A stretch of DNA of 63,344 nt, counting the filler, from Octopus bimaculoides (Eukaryota), in the NCBI RefSeq assembly GCF_001194135.2. It is 4 parts of 4 records of this genome, joined end to end, with 100 filler letters (N's around TTAATTAATTAA, not from the genome) between each part and the next. Parts side by side here need not be neighbours in the genome. Positions count along the whole stretch, not along the records: positions 1 to 31,666 come from NC_069005.1; positions 31,767 to 58,572 come from NC_068984.1; 2 more parts are not named here. The stretch is one strand, 5' to 3'. Shown in pieces: positions 24,803-38,340 of the stretch. The translations under genes were made by a program, and so were the position numbers. Below the pieces are notes generated by a model. The model had not been told where the DNA came from and searched no databases. It worked only from the letters and a program-made list of their open reading frames with translations. How positions within the stretch are numbered: position 1 is the first letter of the stretch; the number at the start of each line of letters is the position of its first letter.

Positions 24803-25130
24803 ATATGCATCGGCGCAATCGTGGGTGTATGGTAAGTTTACTTCTCAGCCACATAGTTCCGCGTTTAGATCCACTGCGTGGCACCTTGGCTAAGTGTCCG
24901 CTACTATATCCTCAGGCCAACTAAAAAGTTTTGTGAGTGGATTTGCGGCCATGCTGGAGCACAGCCTTTAGTCGAACAAATCGACTCCAGGACTTTTTCT
25001 CTGTAAGCCTAGCACTTATTTATATCGGGTTCTTTTGCCGAATCGCTAAGTTACGGGGATGTAAACACACGCCATCATCGGTTGTCAAGTGATGCAGGGG
25101 AGACAAACACAGACACAGACACACAAATAT
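24803..25130. mobile_element. Fused SINE family C pieces: + strand head (24803-24944) joined to - strand tail (24945-25130)
   Basis: CACTGCGTGGCACCTTGGCTAAGTGTC...GTGAGTGGATTT abuts GCGGCCATGCTGGAGCAC.... Confidence 0.75.
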
Positions 25131-25181
<51 letters not shown>

Positions 25182-25861
25182 CATAATAATAATATTAGGG
25201 ACAAAATCCAAAATTACAGGTAAAAAACTCAATTAAAATCAATTTATAAAAAATTAATAATTAAAAGCACAATAAATGAGTATAATATAAAGTAAAGTAA
25301 ATATCATAANNNNNNNNNNNNNNNNNNNNNNNNNNNNNNNNNNNNNNNNNNNNNNNNNNNNNNNNNNNNNNNNNNNNNNNNNNNNNNNNNNNNNNNNNNN
25401 NNNNNNNNNNNNNNNNNNNNNNNNNNNNNNNNNNNNNNNNNNNNNNNNNNNNNNNNNNNNNNNNNNNNNNNNNNNNNNNNNNNNNNNNNNNNNNNNNNNN
25501 NNNNNNNNNNNNNNNNNNNNNNNNNNNNNNNNNNNNNNNNNNNNNNNNNNNNNNNNNNNNNNNNNNNNNNNNNNNNNNNNNNNNNNNNNNNNNNNNNNNN
25601 NNNNNNNNNNNNNNNNNNNNNNNNNNNNNNNNNNNNNNNNNNNNNNNNNNNNNNNNNNNNNNNNNNNNNNNNNNNNNNNNNNNNNNNNNNNNNNNNNNNN
25701 NNNNNNNNNNNNNNNNNNNNNNNNNNNNNNNNNNNNNNNNNNNNNNNNNNNNNNNNNNNNNNNNNNNNNNNNNNNNNNNNNNCGATACTTATGCCAACGT
25801 AGATCAAAACCCTTATGTTATAAGTTGAGATACCTAGTACTTCAGGTTATTACCAACCAAA

Positions 25862-26080
25862 ACTATTCTTTTCTACTCTCGGCACAAGGCTCTAAATTTT
25901 TGGAGAAGGGGCCAGTCGATTAGATTGATCCAAGTGCGCAACTGGTACTTAATTTATCGACCCCGAAAGGATGAAAGGCAAAGTCGACCTCGGTAGAATT
26001 TGAACTCAGAACACGAAGACAGATGAAGCACTGCTAAGCATTTCGTCCGACGAGTTAACATTTCTGCCAGCTCGACGCAT
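25862..26080 (-). mobile_element. Full SINE family B
   Basis: TTCTTTTCTACTCTCGGCACAAGG...GTCGACCTCGGTAGAATTTGAACTCAGAAC...TTCTGCCAGCTCG. Confidence 0.88.
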
Positions 26081-26434
26081 TACCAACCAAAATTATTGTT
26101 ATTATTTGAGACTATAAAGCTTATATTTACATCTATTGACATTGCATTTAATTAGTACCCGCAAAGCTAATGTAGTGGGTATCTTACATAACTTAGTCGT
26201 TGTTAACAAAAAATGTATGGGAGATAACTCTGTAAATCAATTTGTTTTCAATACTGATAGGGACACGCAGGGAAAGGTGATATGGTATTTGGTAATTAGG
26301 GTAACAAGGTTGGCCTAGAGATTTCAGATTATCTTTATTTCATCCTAACTCCAGGTAACTTGAAATCGATTTCAGAATGCTACAGCAAAACATTTATTTT
26401 ATTTCTCATATTTCATCTCTCATATAAATAATAA

Positions 26435-26555
26435 ACTTCGAGGTCGACTTTGCCTTCGGGGTCGATAAAATAAGTACCAGTTGAACTCTTGGGTAGAGCT
26501 AATCAAGTAAACTCTCCCACAAAAGTCCAGGCATTGTGCCTATAGTAGAAAGGAT
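26435..26555 (+). mobile_element. 5'-truncated SINE family B whose tail expands into (TTC)n
   Basis: GAGGTCGACTTTGCC...GGCATTGTGCCTATAGTAGAAAGGATT(CTT)n. Confidence 0.75.
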
Positions 26556-26864
26556 TCTTCTTCTTCTTCTTCTTCTTCTTCTTCTTCTTCTTCTTCTTCT
26601 TCTTCTTCTTCTTCTTCTTCTTCTTCTTCTTCTTCTTCTTCTTCTTCTTCTTCTTCTTTGGAGAGTGAGCATGTGTGTTTGTCAACTAATGTGAAAGACA
26701 CCCTCTGCGGAGATGACCTCTCTAAACAGGTGAGTTACTATTTGTTTGCTCATTCAGGTGTATGGTCAAAATATCTTGTATTTTATTAAAATGATATCTA
26801 AATACTTCGTTAGAGATAGGAACAGATGGAAATAATCCATAAGATCTATTTTACGGTGTCATGA

Positions 26865-27213
26865 CTAATGATGCTCCAGAAGTTGAGGGAACTTGGTTAC
26901 GAAGTTCTTCCCCACCCAGCTTATTCCCCAGACCTTTCTCCTACCGACTGCCACTTTTCCAAGCACCTTGATGGTTTCCTGCGAGAAAAGGAGTTCAAAA
27001 ATCAAACCGATGCTGAAAGTGCATTCAAAGAGTTTATCAGCTCCAAAACTCCAGATTTTTAAGTTACCAGAATAAACAAACTTGTAACTCGTTAGTAAAA
27101 ATGTTTTGATTGTAATGGTACTTACTTTAATGAATAAAATTTCCGCGTTGCTGAAATATATTGTGATGAATTTCATCTTTCAAAACGTTGCTTACTTTTT
27201 AACCCAGCCTGAT
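26865..27213 (+). mobile_element. mariner (DD34D) 3' fragment with right TIR
   Basis: LGYEVLPHPAYSPDLSPTDCHF carries the YSPDLAP.D motif; ends ...TTAACCCAGCCTGATA. Confidence 0.9.
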
Positions 27214-27588
27214 ATGTTTACCTGTACGTAAACACATTTACACCTATGAATGAGTGTGTGTGTGTGTGTGTGTGAGTGAATGCATACATAGAAATATACA
27301 ATATATTATATGCATATACAAACATACACATGTATGCACACGTATACCAACATTGCTATATAGACATGAACATGCCTACATACTCACTGAGTAAAGAAAG
27401 CAAAATAAATAAACTAATTAATCTCAAACACCAACATAACACATGATTCATTTGTAAAAAAAAGGAAGTGAAAAGCAACCAGTGCATGTAATTTTATTGG
27501 CTTGATGGCCCTCCAAAGATGCAAAACAGATACACTCATATAAACACCCACATATGGAGTGAGGCAGGCAGACAGATAGAGACAGACA

Positions 27589-27589
<1 letters not shown>

Positions 27590-27645
<56 letters not shown>

Positions 27646-27647
27646 AA

Positions 27648-27702
<55 letters not shown>

Positions 27703-27983
27703 TAGATTGAGAGAGAAGGTGTAATAGAGAGAGACAGAAGGAAATGCAAGGGGAATGTAATGAAGGACCTTCCAAGTATGAAGATAGCTGCAAAGAGGAT
27801 GCTGATCCATTGTCTCGCTGAACCGATACAGTTTGTAAAATGAAGTTGATTGAAACACAGTATTGTGGGATCGCGGTATTTGCTGGAATATTGTACAATC
27901 TTTTATTGGTAGGTTCTCTGTCAACTCCAATTTATCCAATTCTGCTAACACACACGCTATGTTCTGCTGTTTTATAACAGTAC

Positions 27984-28069
<86 letters not shown>

Positions 28070-28161
28070 TTATCTATCTCTCTATCTCTCTATCTATCTA
28101 ACTTTTTTCGCTGCTGTTGTTGTTGCTGCTTTTCTCCTGTTCCTCCTTCCCTCTTGTTTTT

Positions 28162-28197
<36 letters not shown>

Positions 28198-28253
28198 CTT
28201 CTTCTTCTTCTTCTTCTTCTTCTTCTTCTTCTTCTTCTTCTTCTTCTTCTTCT
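27590..28253 (+). repeat. Compound microsatellite region: (TA)n, (GA)n, (ATAG)n, (TCTA)n, (TTG)n, (TTC)n
   Basis: Direct inspection. Confidence 0.9.
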
Positions 28254-28741
28254 TGTCAGAAAATGTCCACCAGTTCGATCCTTTACACATTATAACTAGG
28301 GCTTACAGCTGTTCCGAGATACCATCTCAAAATTACACTCCTTGTACCCATTTACTGTATGTAACCATAAATGTTTCTGTAAGCCTTATTAATGAGAAGA
28401 TGCAATGTTCAAGGTGAGACGATTTACACACCAGATTACTGTCTTTTGACTACATATCTGTGGTAGCTTTAAGACGATTGCAACAGGTGGGAGACAATAA
28501 AAAAAATGCTACGTCACCAACTGTGCATTATTTTCTGAGATAAATAGCATGACTTGAAAGATACATGTATACGTACACAAGTGCACTCACACATATGCAA
28601 ATACAGAAACACAACAAGCAGTCGTAGATGCATATACACTTGCATACATGCATTCACACACACACACGCATATATATATATGCACACATCCATATAAGTA
28701 TTACACACACACACAAATATATATACGTACATATATATACA

Positions 28742-28830
<89 letters not shown>

Positions 28831-30964
28831 GTATATACATATATACATACATAGACACATATATATACACACACACGCACACACACGCACACACACAAAG
28901 TATAGATGGTATAAATTACCAAATGTGTCGTCAATTACTTCCAGCACCGTCTGTGTACATATATCAATATATAATTATGACTCAGGGATCCGAGTATTGG
29001 AATTTTGGTATAGAAAACAAAAAGTGGGCGGTATACGGTAGGATACAGTGATAATTTATTGTCAACGAGAGGTCAGAAAGAAATTCAATCAGCTGACAGT
29101 TTCTATGCAGCTCACTGTTAGCAACTAATGCTGTTAAAAATGCGAATAAATTCTAAATTGAGGGAGAGGAACAAGTAAAACGTAAGCTACATATGTTTCT
29201 GAACCAGCTGTCACTCATTACGCAAGTGTTATGCAATGAACTATTCTCAGCGTAATTAATCATCAGGCAGCGATTACCTTACTGAAGTTTACATGTAACA
29301 CGTGATTCCTAAGTCAGCATCAACATAATGGTGAGTCGAACTGAACAGTAAAGTCAATAGCAAGAAATATAAAAAAAGCCCCCAAAATGAAAAAGGTTTA
29401 CAGAACCATTAAACGTTTGAGCCTATAGTGTAATCCAAAATATTATTAGAGTGGGTGTGGTTTAGAGACAAAGAGTAGGAAGAAAAGGAGAAACAGAGGG
29501 AGAAAAAGAAGAAAAAATCTGTTATCATTATGGGGAATGGCGGGGTATGTATTGTGGTAAAAAAAAACCTATTCAAAGGCTGTTGGAGACAGATTTTGGC
29601 AGACTTCTAGCTTGCTGTCGTCCAAGTTTATATGAGTAGATGGGTAGCGGGATAGGGTCGCCCAGTTCCATAGAACAAAAGACACCAAATCACGTGCACA
29701 CATGCATACGTGTATATACCCACACATACATATACACTCCCCGCGCACACGCATGTATACACACATGTGCATACACACCAACCCACTCATAATTATACTT
29801 TAGAATATATAAGTAGTGGATGTTCACAATCACATTGGCAAGTACCCGAACTTATAAGAAAAATTTAGTACACGTCAATATGTATATCTATACAAATACA
29901 CCCCCCAACCCATGCTTACATAAATACATATACGCACACGCACAGACACACACATATTTGGACACATACACGCCTATATACAAACGTAACACAAAGAGTT
30001 ATATAGATAGATAAACAAATATATCCTCCCATATATATATATATTCTTACGAAACACATAGGCCGCATAGAAGTGCTCAAGTCGCACCTGAAACGTTAGA
30101 CAAGTATTATAAATGAAATGGAAAAGTTCAAGTCAGGCAAACTATAATGAGCACATATGTGTACGGATTTAATTAAGATAAAAAACTGTCCAAAATAGAG
30201 CATATATTGATATATTAAAATATATCTATAAATATAAAAATATATGAATATTAAAAATATATATGGACATATAAATATATGAACATGTAAGCATAGTAAT
30301 AATATAATGAAATATAAGATCCTCGATAAAAAATGTCTTTTAAAGAAAGAATTGAAGATATAGTGAAGAGAAAATAATAGGCATCAAAAAAAGATTTGGT
30401 TTACATATTAAAAGAAAATATTCCTACGGCCGTTTCTGGGTTTCATTCCTCCGGGTAAAAAATGAATCTTAAAATCCATTTTTAGAGAATGTCTCCTTCA
30501 TCAGGGAAAAAGTGATATTTACGGTACAAATGCATTCAGTTCATTGCCAAGGTATGAAATAACTGGAAGCTTTTATAGAAGAACAGATATAGCCCCACCC
30601 ATTATACAATATGATTATGCGTAGATGTAGAATGTGCATAGAAGAATCATACACTATCCTTCACCTGTATAATTTTATCGTATTAAATAAGTTTTCTGAC
30701 GCTATTCATTCGTGTACCAACAGATACTACTCAACTTTCATGGGACTCTTTAAATCCGAATGTACTCAACAATAGCCTTAGCAATTTCCGGCGCACAACT
30801 TAACATCCTATTACCTATAACAGTATATTGCCAATACAAATATAAATTTTAATAAAGACAGTAAGTAATGTAATTTTTACTCCCATCAGCCCACAGAAAG
30901 ACTTCCATTATTTGCATATCTGTATTTTCATCGCCAAAACCCGACATTATGTATAGAAAAATGC

Positions 30965-31201
30965 AGGATTGTCACAGTTGGAATGCTTCTGATTATAAGT
31001 TTATTCTATCAATGGTAACTGAGGGTTTGAGCTGCTAGTATTAGTAGCCACATCTCTGAATTTACAGCCAGCCATGAATAAAAATACAAAAACTAGAATA
31101 CATAAATAGAACACATAACATAATGTAGTTCTTGATATCCTTTAAAGAAGAGGATGATCACGGATGGAATACCTTTGATCGTAAGTAATCTCGATCAGAG
31201 C
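30965..31201 (+). repeat. Second copy of the unclassified direct-repeat-bounded element
   Basis: Colinear similarity to 16449-16692. Confidence 0.55.
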
Positions 31202-31623
31202 AGGTTTAAAAGTAAACTATAAAGGAACAACAAAAGCAACATCAATAACAAAAGAAACGACAGTAGCAATAACGACAACATCCGGTTCAACATCTTTGTG
31301 TTTTTCCCCATCATTTTTTCAGGGGTATCTAGAAAATGATTTTATTACAGTAAGCGTTTGCAATGCAGGTCCTGTGATTGTTTTTATGAAAGGGTTGACT
31401 GGGGTATAATAGATTGGCCTGAGAAGAGACCACATCCTCATTGTAGGAATTCTTCATTCGTCTGATGAGGTAAGCGAAACTTTTGAGTGAAACAGCGTGA
31501 GAAATAGTAAGAGATAGTAAGGGAGAATGAGTAAAACAAAAGCGATACGAGAGAGAGAGAGAGAGAGAGAGTGTGTGTATGTGTGCGTGTGTGAGAGAGA
31601 GAGGGAGATAACAAGATGACAAC

Positions 31624-31666
<43 letters not shown>

Positions 31667-31710
31667 NNNNNNNNNNNNNNNNNNNNNNNNNNNNNNNNNN
31701 NNNNNNNNNN

Positions 31711-31722
31711 TTAATTAATTAA
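31711..31722. other. Assembly linker TTAATTAATTAA inside an N gap (also at about 58617 and 62200)
   Basis: An identical 12-mer with stops in all six frames, embedded in N runs at three places. Confidence 0.85.
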
Positions 31723-32713
31723 NNNNNNNNNNNNNNNNNNNNNNNNNNNNNNNNNNNNNNNNNNNNATATATATGAAAACAGAAATGAAAGGCAAACAGT
31801 TTGACAAAACTTGACAGGGACATTGAATTTACCTATATAATATGAAGGTATACATAGTCTCTAACAGCTGTTTCTGGAATACCTTAGTTATTGGAACATC
31901 GTGTCGTGCGAGTTATTCCAGAAGTCTTTCCACAAGTAGAGTGTAAAAAAGCTAGCATTTCGGATTATCACTAACATCTAGCTAAGATGTACTTCCTATT
32001 AGCTCTAATTTTTATCTTTCCTTCGTAGATCATTACCCTCTCTTTGTTTACGCATCCAACATATAACTAATATAGTTTCCTTTTTGTCGTGACATACTCC
32101 TATTTAATAGAATACCACTAGTTTTTCTTCTCAACGTTTCGAGCTAAATTAAGAATTAATGCTTCACACTTAATCATTCCATCCTTCGAACTCTACTAAG
32201 TATCTGCCTACCATGGCATCTAGTTCCTTTTGTAATACAGAATTATATCTCCTTCATTCCTTGGATACTTTAATTGCACTATACTTATGCTTAGTAATTA
32301 AATGTCCCTAATCTGTTCGTTAGTTATTTATTTATATCTGTATGTACCCTCGATTAACTTTGGGTTTATCAACTTAATTATTTAATTTTATCCCTTGATT
32401 CTCAGTGGGAATATATTTTCATTAACACCACAGATCCTCAAATCTTAATCTCAATCTCAGAATTTTATTTCTAACGCTATAACAACCTAGCCAGCTCCGA
32501 TTTTCTCTTCCCCTTTAGAAATATCAGACCACCTACTACATCACGTTTCTATTATCTTTTTTACGACCGCTTTATTACCTCCACTGCCCTTCCCTCCCAA
32601 TAGTATCCAACGTGTTGGTCTGATATCTGCTTTTCTTCATCCTTTATCTATTTGCCCTTGCACACGCAACCCCTAATCTCCGTCATCAAGAGTACCTACC
32701 ACTAAACCGATTA

Positions 32714-32774
<61 letters not shown>

Positions 32775-35700
32775 ATCCAACATCTATCTGCTTGTCTTCT
32801 TCCTACTATAGTGTAACATATTCAATCTTCTATCAGTTTGTATTCAGCATTGGAACTAGTAACATTTATTTCCCCTCACCATGAATTATAATCAAACCAT
32901 TCTCTCTGTTTTGATGTAACTAATAGATATTACCGAGTTTCTTTATTTATTCTCAGATTTACCTAATGAATACCCATTTTAATTGGATTTTTAATAAGCT
33001 TCTCCTCCTTTTCGCGACAAAATAAACTGCAATAATATCATTGATTAATAAGTTCCTCCAACTCTTACATCTGTTTAACCCCTCTCTATCTGAAGACGGG
33101 TTACTCAGCTTACGGTATCCATTTCGTTGTTTGAATTTTCAAGGATTTTCCAATTTATTTCAAAAATAAGTTCGTGAAAAGGTTCAGTTTTTCTTCTAAA
33201 TTGACCAAATATGTCTCACTCTTAACTATTTTAAAGGATATTTTTGTAACGAACTTAGTTCCAGAGTCTATCGGTTGTGTTGAAATATCAGCAGCAATGA
33301 GAGGCATAACAAACCAAGGATCTAGTCTTATGGTAAAATTTAGTTCCAATATATTCCTAAAAGATGTAAGAGAAATAAATCTTTATTTCCTATACGTTTC
33401 AAATTCTTCTTAGAAGAACTGTTTCGTGACCTACCGTGGGAGGATGAGAAAAAAGGAATGAATTAATAACAGAACAAAACTGCGAAAAACTGCACTGAAT
33501 ATGAGATTAAAATGACAGCGTTTAAGAAAATTTTTAAGCATTAATGATGAACCAAACTTTACATCCTATAATATATAGTACATAGTATATTAATAAACAT
33601 ATCTTATTGTGATGAGACCCTCGTCGAAGTGTCCAAAACAGATTTGTTTTTCCAATCCAGCTACCCTCACAAATCAATTATACAAACTGCCACTGCAGTA
33701 TTGCATATATATGCTCAGAGACAGATACGACGCTCCGGTGCTTCTGCTCATGAAAAACAGTTCCTTTGCTTTTTTTGTTACATTATGACTGCCTTCTATA
33801 CTTTTCTATTTAAAGTGCCACAAAAGAGAGGTCAGTATAAACAACACAAACTTTGTGTTTGCAAACCATTTCCACTTCAAGTTAGTCGGTTATCAAATCT
33901 CTCCTTATAGACTATTCTTTTCAGTTATTATTATCCTACCGCAAACTTTCAACTAGCTTTTTAATTTGGATGCTGTAGGTTTTGTATACTGCGCATGATA
34001 TATTTGGCATCCAGTTTAAAAGACGTATTTAATTTACTGATCACAAAGATTACAAATAGCGTGGTCAGCGTAGTTCACCATCCAAAACCTGACGTATACA
34101 TCACTATCCCCGTTCACTTAAACAGTGAACATTATACCTAAACCTTGCCTGACCGAAGTTACGTTCAGAAAATCTGTTCAATATTTGTGAGACAGTTAGA
34201 AACATCAGGGTATGTTTAACAGCATTTTACTTATTTTTATACTATCAGCATTTCCGGTCCAACTCTGTATGCATTTAACATATCGTTTCAACGTCGTTGT
34301 GACACTATTGATCACAAAGTTCCCAGAAAATTTTCTATTTCTATATATTTATTTTACATAACGAAAGTCATGACAAGCCCAGGTTGTTTTCCATTGCCTT
34401 GACACTCATAACTACTTTGAAGCAGCACTCTCGAGAAATTCTGTTTACCTTCTAAGCTTAAATTCCACCAATCTTTCTTTTCTCTCAGTTTTTTGGCATT
34501 GCGAAAATGATAAAATATCTATCAAACCAATCACGAAGTGGGTTCGATATACTCGACCGCTCTCTAACCATCAAGAATAGAACTGCCCAATTAGGTCTAT
34601 GCTAGAGCTACACAACGACAACAACTTTCAATAATGTTGTCGTTTCCCTACTTATATGATTTATATACTTTCTGACGTCTGTAACATCATCGACGCCTAC
34701 AATACGTTTCTAAGTTGTCATTTCCTGTGTAAGATATATCTAAAATATCAGTTTAGATCCGTAATTCATTAAGCGGTGGTGAGGATAATAATTTTAGGTT
34801 TCTGTTGATATAAGGCCAAACATATGCTTTCGGATACGGCCGGGTCTGCACATCTATTACATTGTTACTTCACCATTTTGCTATTTTTGCCGCTTTTATT
34901 GATTATTTCCACTGTCGATAGTGTCACTGCTGTTGATACAGTTCTCTCTTTATTACCTGTCTCTAAATATCTTAATATTTTTATTTTCCGTATTGTACGC
35001 CTTGGTAAAGTTAACGTTTATGTCATTGTTAATGTTAAAATTCGTTGGGTAGTTGCCCCATTCCACTTTACATTTGTAATTTCTTTCACGCCGTGAGAAG
35101 CAGTATGTCCGCTATCATCAAACTAGGAGTAATCTCCTAAAAGTAAAATAAATATAAACATAAAGCTCTCATCCCTTTTCTTTATATACTAACGATATCA
35201 TAAACACAATAACAGTACACAATTACGTTAGAGATGTTACAAATATAACAATTCAAGCAGTAATTGCTTCAAGACACATGCTTCTTAAGATAAATGCAAG
35301 ATATATACAATAATAATTATAAAGATGGTGAGGACGAGAACGAGGAGAGGAAAATGAAATAGATGAAAAGAGTAGGATTTATCAATTTGGTACAAAGTGA
35401 CAAACAATTGAGTCTGGCGCATTCGAATCAAAATTGACCAGATGGGTTTTTAAACTTGATATAAATGGATGTAATTTTCTTACGTCTAAATAAATATGAA
35501 TAATTATTGCAACTCAAGGCAGGTCTCCCGCGTTAAGTCAATGTCATGTGACTCTTTTCAGAGAGGCGGGGCGATAATAAACTTGTAGAATTAGCTATCA
35601 TTGATTTACGTCCCTCCTAAATGCAGCAGTTTTCGGTCCCGCCCCCAAATATATCTCTGCATTATGCAACAGCCACTGCTTCGTAGTTAGAATAAACAAC

Positions 35701-37084
35701 CACTTGTCAAGAGCTTTTAACAACACATATTTCGCCACTCAGATTAAGCCTTGTGGCACTACTCTATCCTTGAACTGCAGAACATATATGTCTTGCGAGT
35801 CATACTTCCCGAGTAACAAATTTACCTGATGGCCATCTACCTGACGTTTCGACAATAGATATCAGACATTGGTGCCACTCGTGGGCAATATGAATTCATA
35901 AGAGACGATAGGCTAACAAGGAGAAAACTATGAACCTTCACATTCGACAACTGGAAAGGCAGTCCATGCCATAAGTAACTGTCTGCTGAAACTGCTTAGA
36001 ATTTAATTCCATCAAAATTTCCAAATATATACATGTGAGATAAAATGAAGAGAAGCGTATGACCTGCTTCATACAAAATTCAACTTGAGTTAATTTTATA
36101 TGAAACTCCGGTGGAGGTGACAAATTCATGCATTTCTTCGGTAATCTATCATATATTCCTTGGCTTTTACCAAAGAATATCTAATTGAATTGAAGTATCT
36201 CAGTTTTGCGGTCTCTTTTGTGATTGTTGCTGAAAGGATGAACTGTTTAGGTCTGAATACTCTCACGCTATCCACTCCTAAGAAAGGGAACATTTGTAGG
36301 CTTCTACTGATAATGTACAACAATTACTATGACTAAGATATCTGGAGATGTTCATGAACAGATGTGCACATTTATTCTTTACTTTTTCGACCAGGCAGGT
36401 TTCCAACATCCATATATTTAATTAAATTATTCGGTAACATAAGAGGATAACGTGGTATCCTACGTCAAGAACTGAGGATACATGTGAGGTAAAGAAGAAA
36501 ATTTTGAAACATATATAGATTATTAGTGATGCATATGGGTACCCTTTTGCTTAAAGAGACGCACGCTGTTGCAGTCGGCATACCGTAATACAAGAACAAG
36601 GAAACCATCTTCAGTTAGGCATTTTCACTGTTCACTCATATTGAGTCGTCAGAATTTAACTATAAAATCCTGAACAACTTTTCTTTAGCAAAGCTAGCCT
36701 TAGAAATCTTCCTTGCTCTGAAATGGGATTATGAAATTTTAATCTGGTTATGAATGTATTCACACAGTTAATACTATTTCCAGATTCATTCAGTACTTTA
36801 CGGAATGCGTAGTCTTACTTTTAAGACCAGGTTATCATTAGAATGAAAAACATGATTTGGATATCTACACATATACTGTTAGTGTTAACACATTACAGCC
36901 TGTTTTCTTTCATTATGGAGATTCTGTGATATTTTCTCGCTTAAGATATTACCATTGTACTAATTGTGATGAATGAAATGCACATATACAAAAGCCCAAA
37001 GGAGTTATTCTTCGTGCTTATTTATACATAAGAAGAATAAAATCTGAAACATCGGCAAAGGAATAAACAAATCCCGAGTAATAA

Positions 37085-37290
37085 TGGTTTCATTTTTTGG
37101 CACGAGGCTAGCAAGTTTGGGGAGAGAATAGGTCGATTACTTCGACCCAAGTGCTCAACTGCTACTTATTTTATTGGTTCCAAAAGGACGCAAGGCAAAG
37201 TCGACCCCGGCAGAATTTGAACTCAGAATGACTAAATGCCGGTAAGCATTTTGCCCTGCGCGGTAACGATTCTGTCATCTCGCCGTCATA
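37085..37290 (-). mobile_element. SINE family B
   Basis: GGCACGAGGCTAGCAAG...GGCAAAGTCGACCCCGGCAGAATTTGAACTCAGAAT. Confidence 0.8.
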
Positions 37291-37468
37291 CTAAAGCCAA
37301 ATAATGATAATAATAAAGTCAATGAAGGGAAATGAGAAAAATGAGGAAAGAAAGGACAAGAGAAAAATGGAAAACAGGAAGTAATTTAAGAAAGACGAAA
37401 TAATTTCAGAAAAAAATGTACACACACACATATATATATATACATATATGTATTTATATGGTGCCATG

Positions 37469-37543
37469 TCTTTTCGTCCGGCGTCACTTCGTCCGGCGTC
37501 ACTTCGTTCAACGTCACTTTGTCCAACATCACTTTGCCCACGA
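37469..37543 (+). repeat. 15-bp minisatellite, 5 diverging units (TCACTTCGTCCGGCG-like)
   Basis: Units: tcttttcgtccggcg / tcacttcgtccggcg / tcacttcgttcaacg / tcactttgtccaaca / tcactttgcccacga. Confidence 0.9.
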
Positions 37544-38340
37544 CTTTTTGTCCAGTTGGGATTTAGGGGAAAAAAACATATTTGTAGAGGGTCGCCTTAA
37601 GTCAAAACACTTAATCTATGGGAACGTCATTTTCTACCCGAAGTGTTTTTAACCCAATTTTTACAAACAATAGTTCATATCTTTATTTATTTATTGCTTC
37701 GAGATCCACTGTTCCAAGAAGAATTATAAGTATCTAATTTTGAATGAATATGTTATGCCTTTCATTATATTATATCTTAACAACTCAAAAGAGAAACCAA
37801 CACAGCGTTCTTTATTGACAACTAATGATAATAGAGAGAGATCAGGTTAAAATCTGTGGTAATAATCCTCGCCAATAACATGGAAAAATATTTATTGAGG
37901 GAGGGATATTGTAAAAGAATGTGAAGATCTTAGAAACAACACTGAATGTAAGTATTCCTATAAAGAGGAGCAATAGTAGTATTGTCATTCTCTATGAATC
38001 TGTTAAATGCACTATATTTAATCTGAAGAAAATATAGATACTCCATGAAGTTATTAGTAATACACAGCTGGTTAAAATGGAACACAAATTTTTAGTGGTC
38101 TGCATTCACTAAACAGATTTAGAATAGTTTATCATTATATGAAATATAGATATAATACGTTACAACTTTCTGAAACAAAGAATAAAGACAAACGAATTAC
38201 GGCAAAAGAAAAACGAGGAGCAGTTAGAAAAGTTGCATATTAGCGTGTTACATGCGCGGATTCTCTGACAGACTGAAATTAACTGGCTTAGCTAAGCTAC
38301 GAAAACTACGAATGCAAAGCTAGCATATGCAAGCATAGAG

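Noticed and set aside
31711-31722. TTAATTAATTAA palindrome recurring three times (also about 58617 and 62200)
   Set aside because: Always embedded in N runs; an all-frame-stop scaffolding linker, not biology.
35560-35650. Two GC-box-like motifs (GGCGGGGCG, CCCGCCCCC) suggesting a promoter
   Set aside because: No linked exon or TSS evidence; short motifs alone are insufficient.
37469-37543. CRISPR-like array
   Set aside because: Contiguous tandem units with no spacers, in a eukaryotic context with no cas genes.
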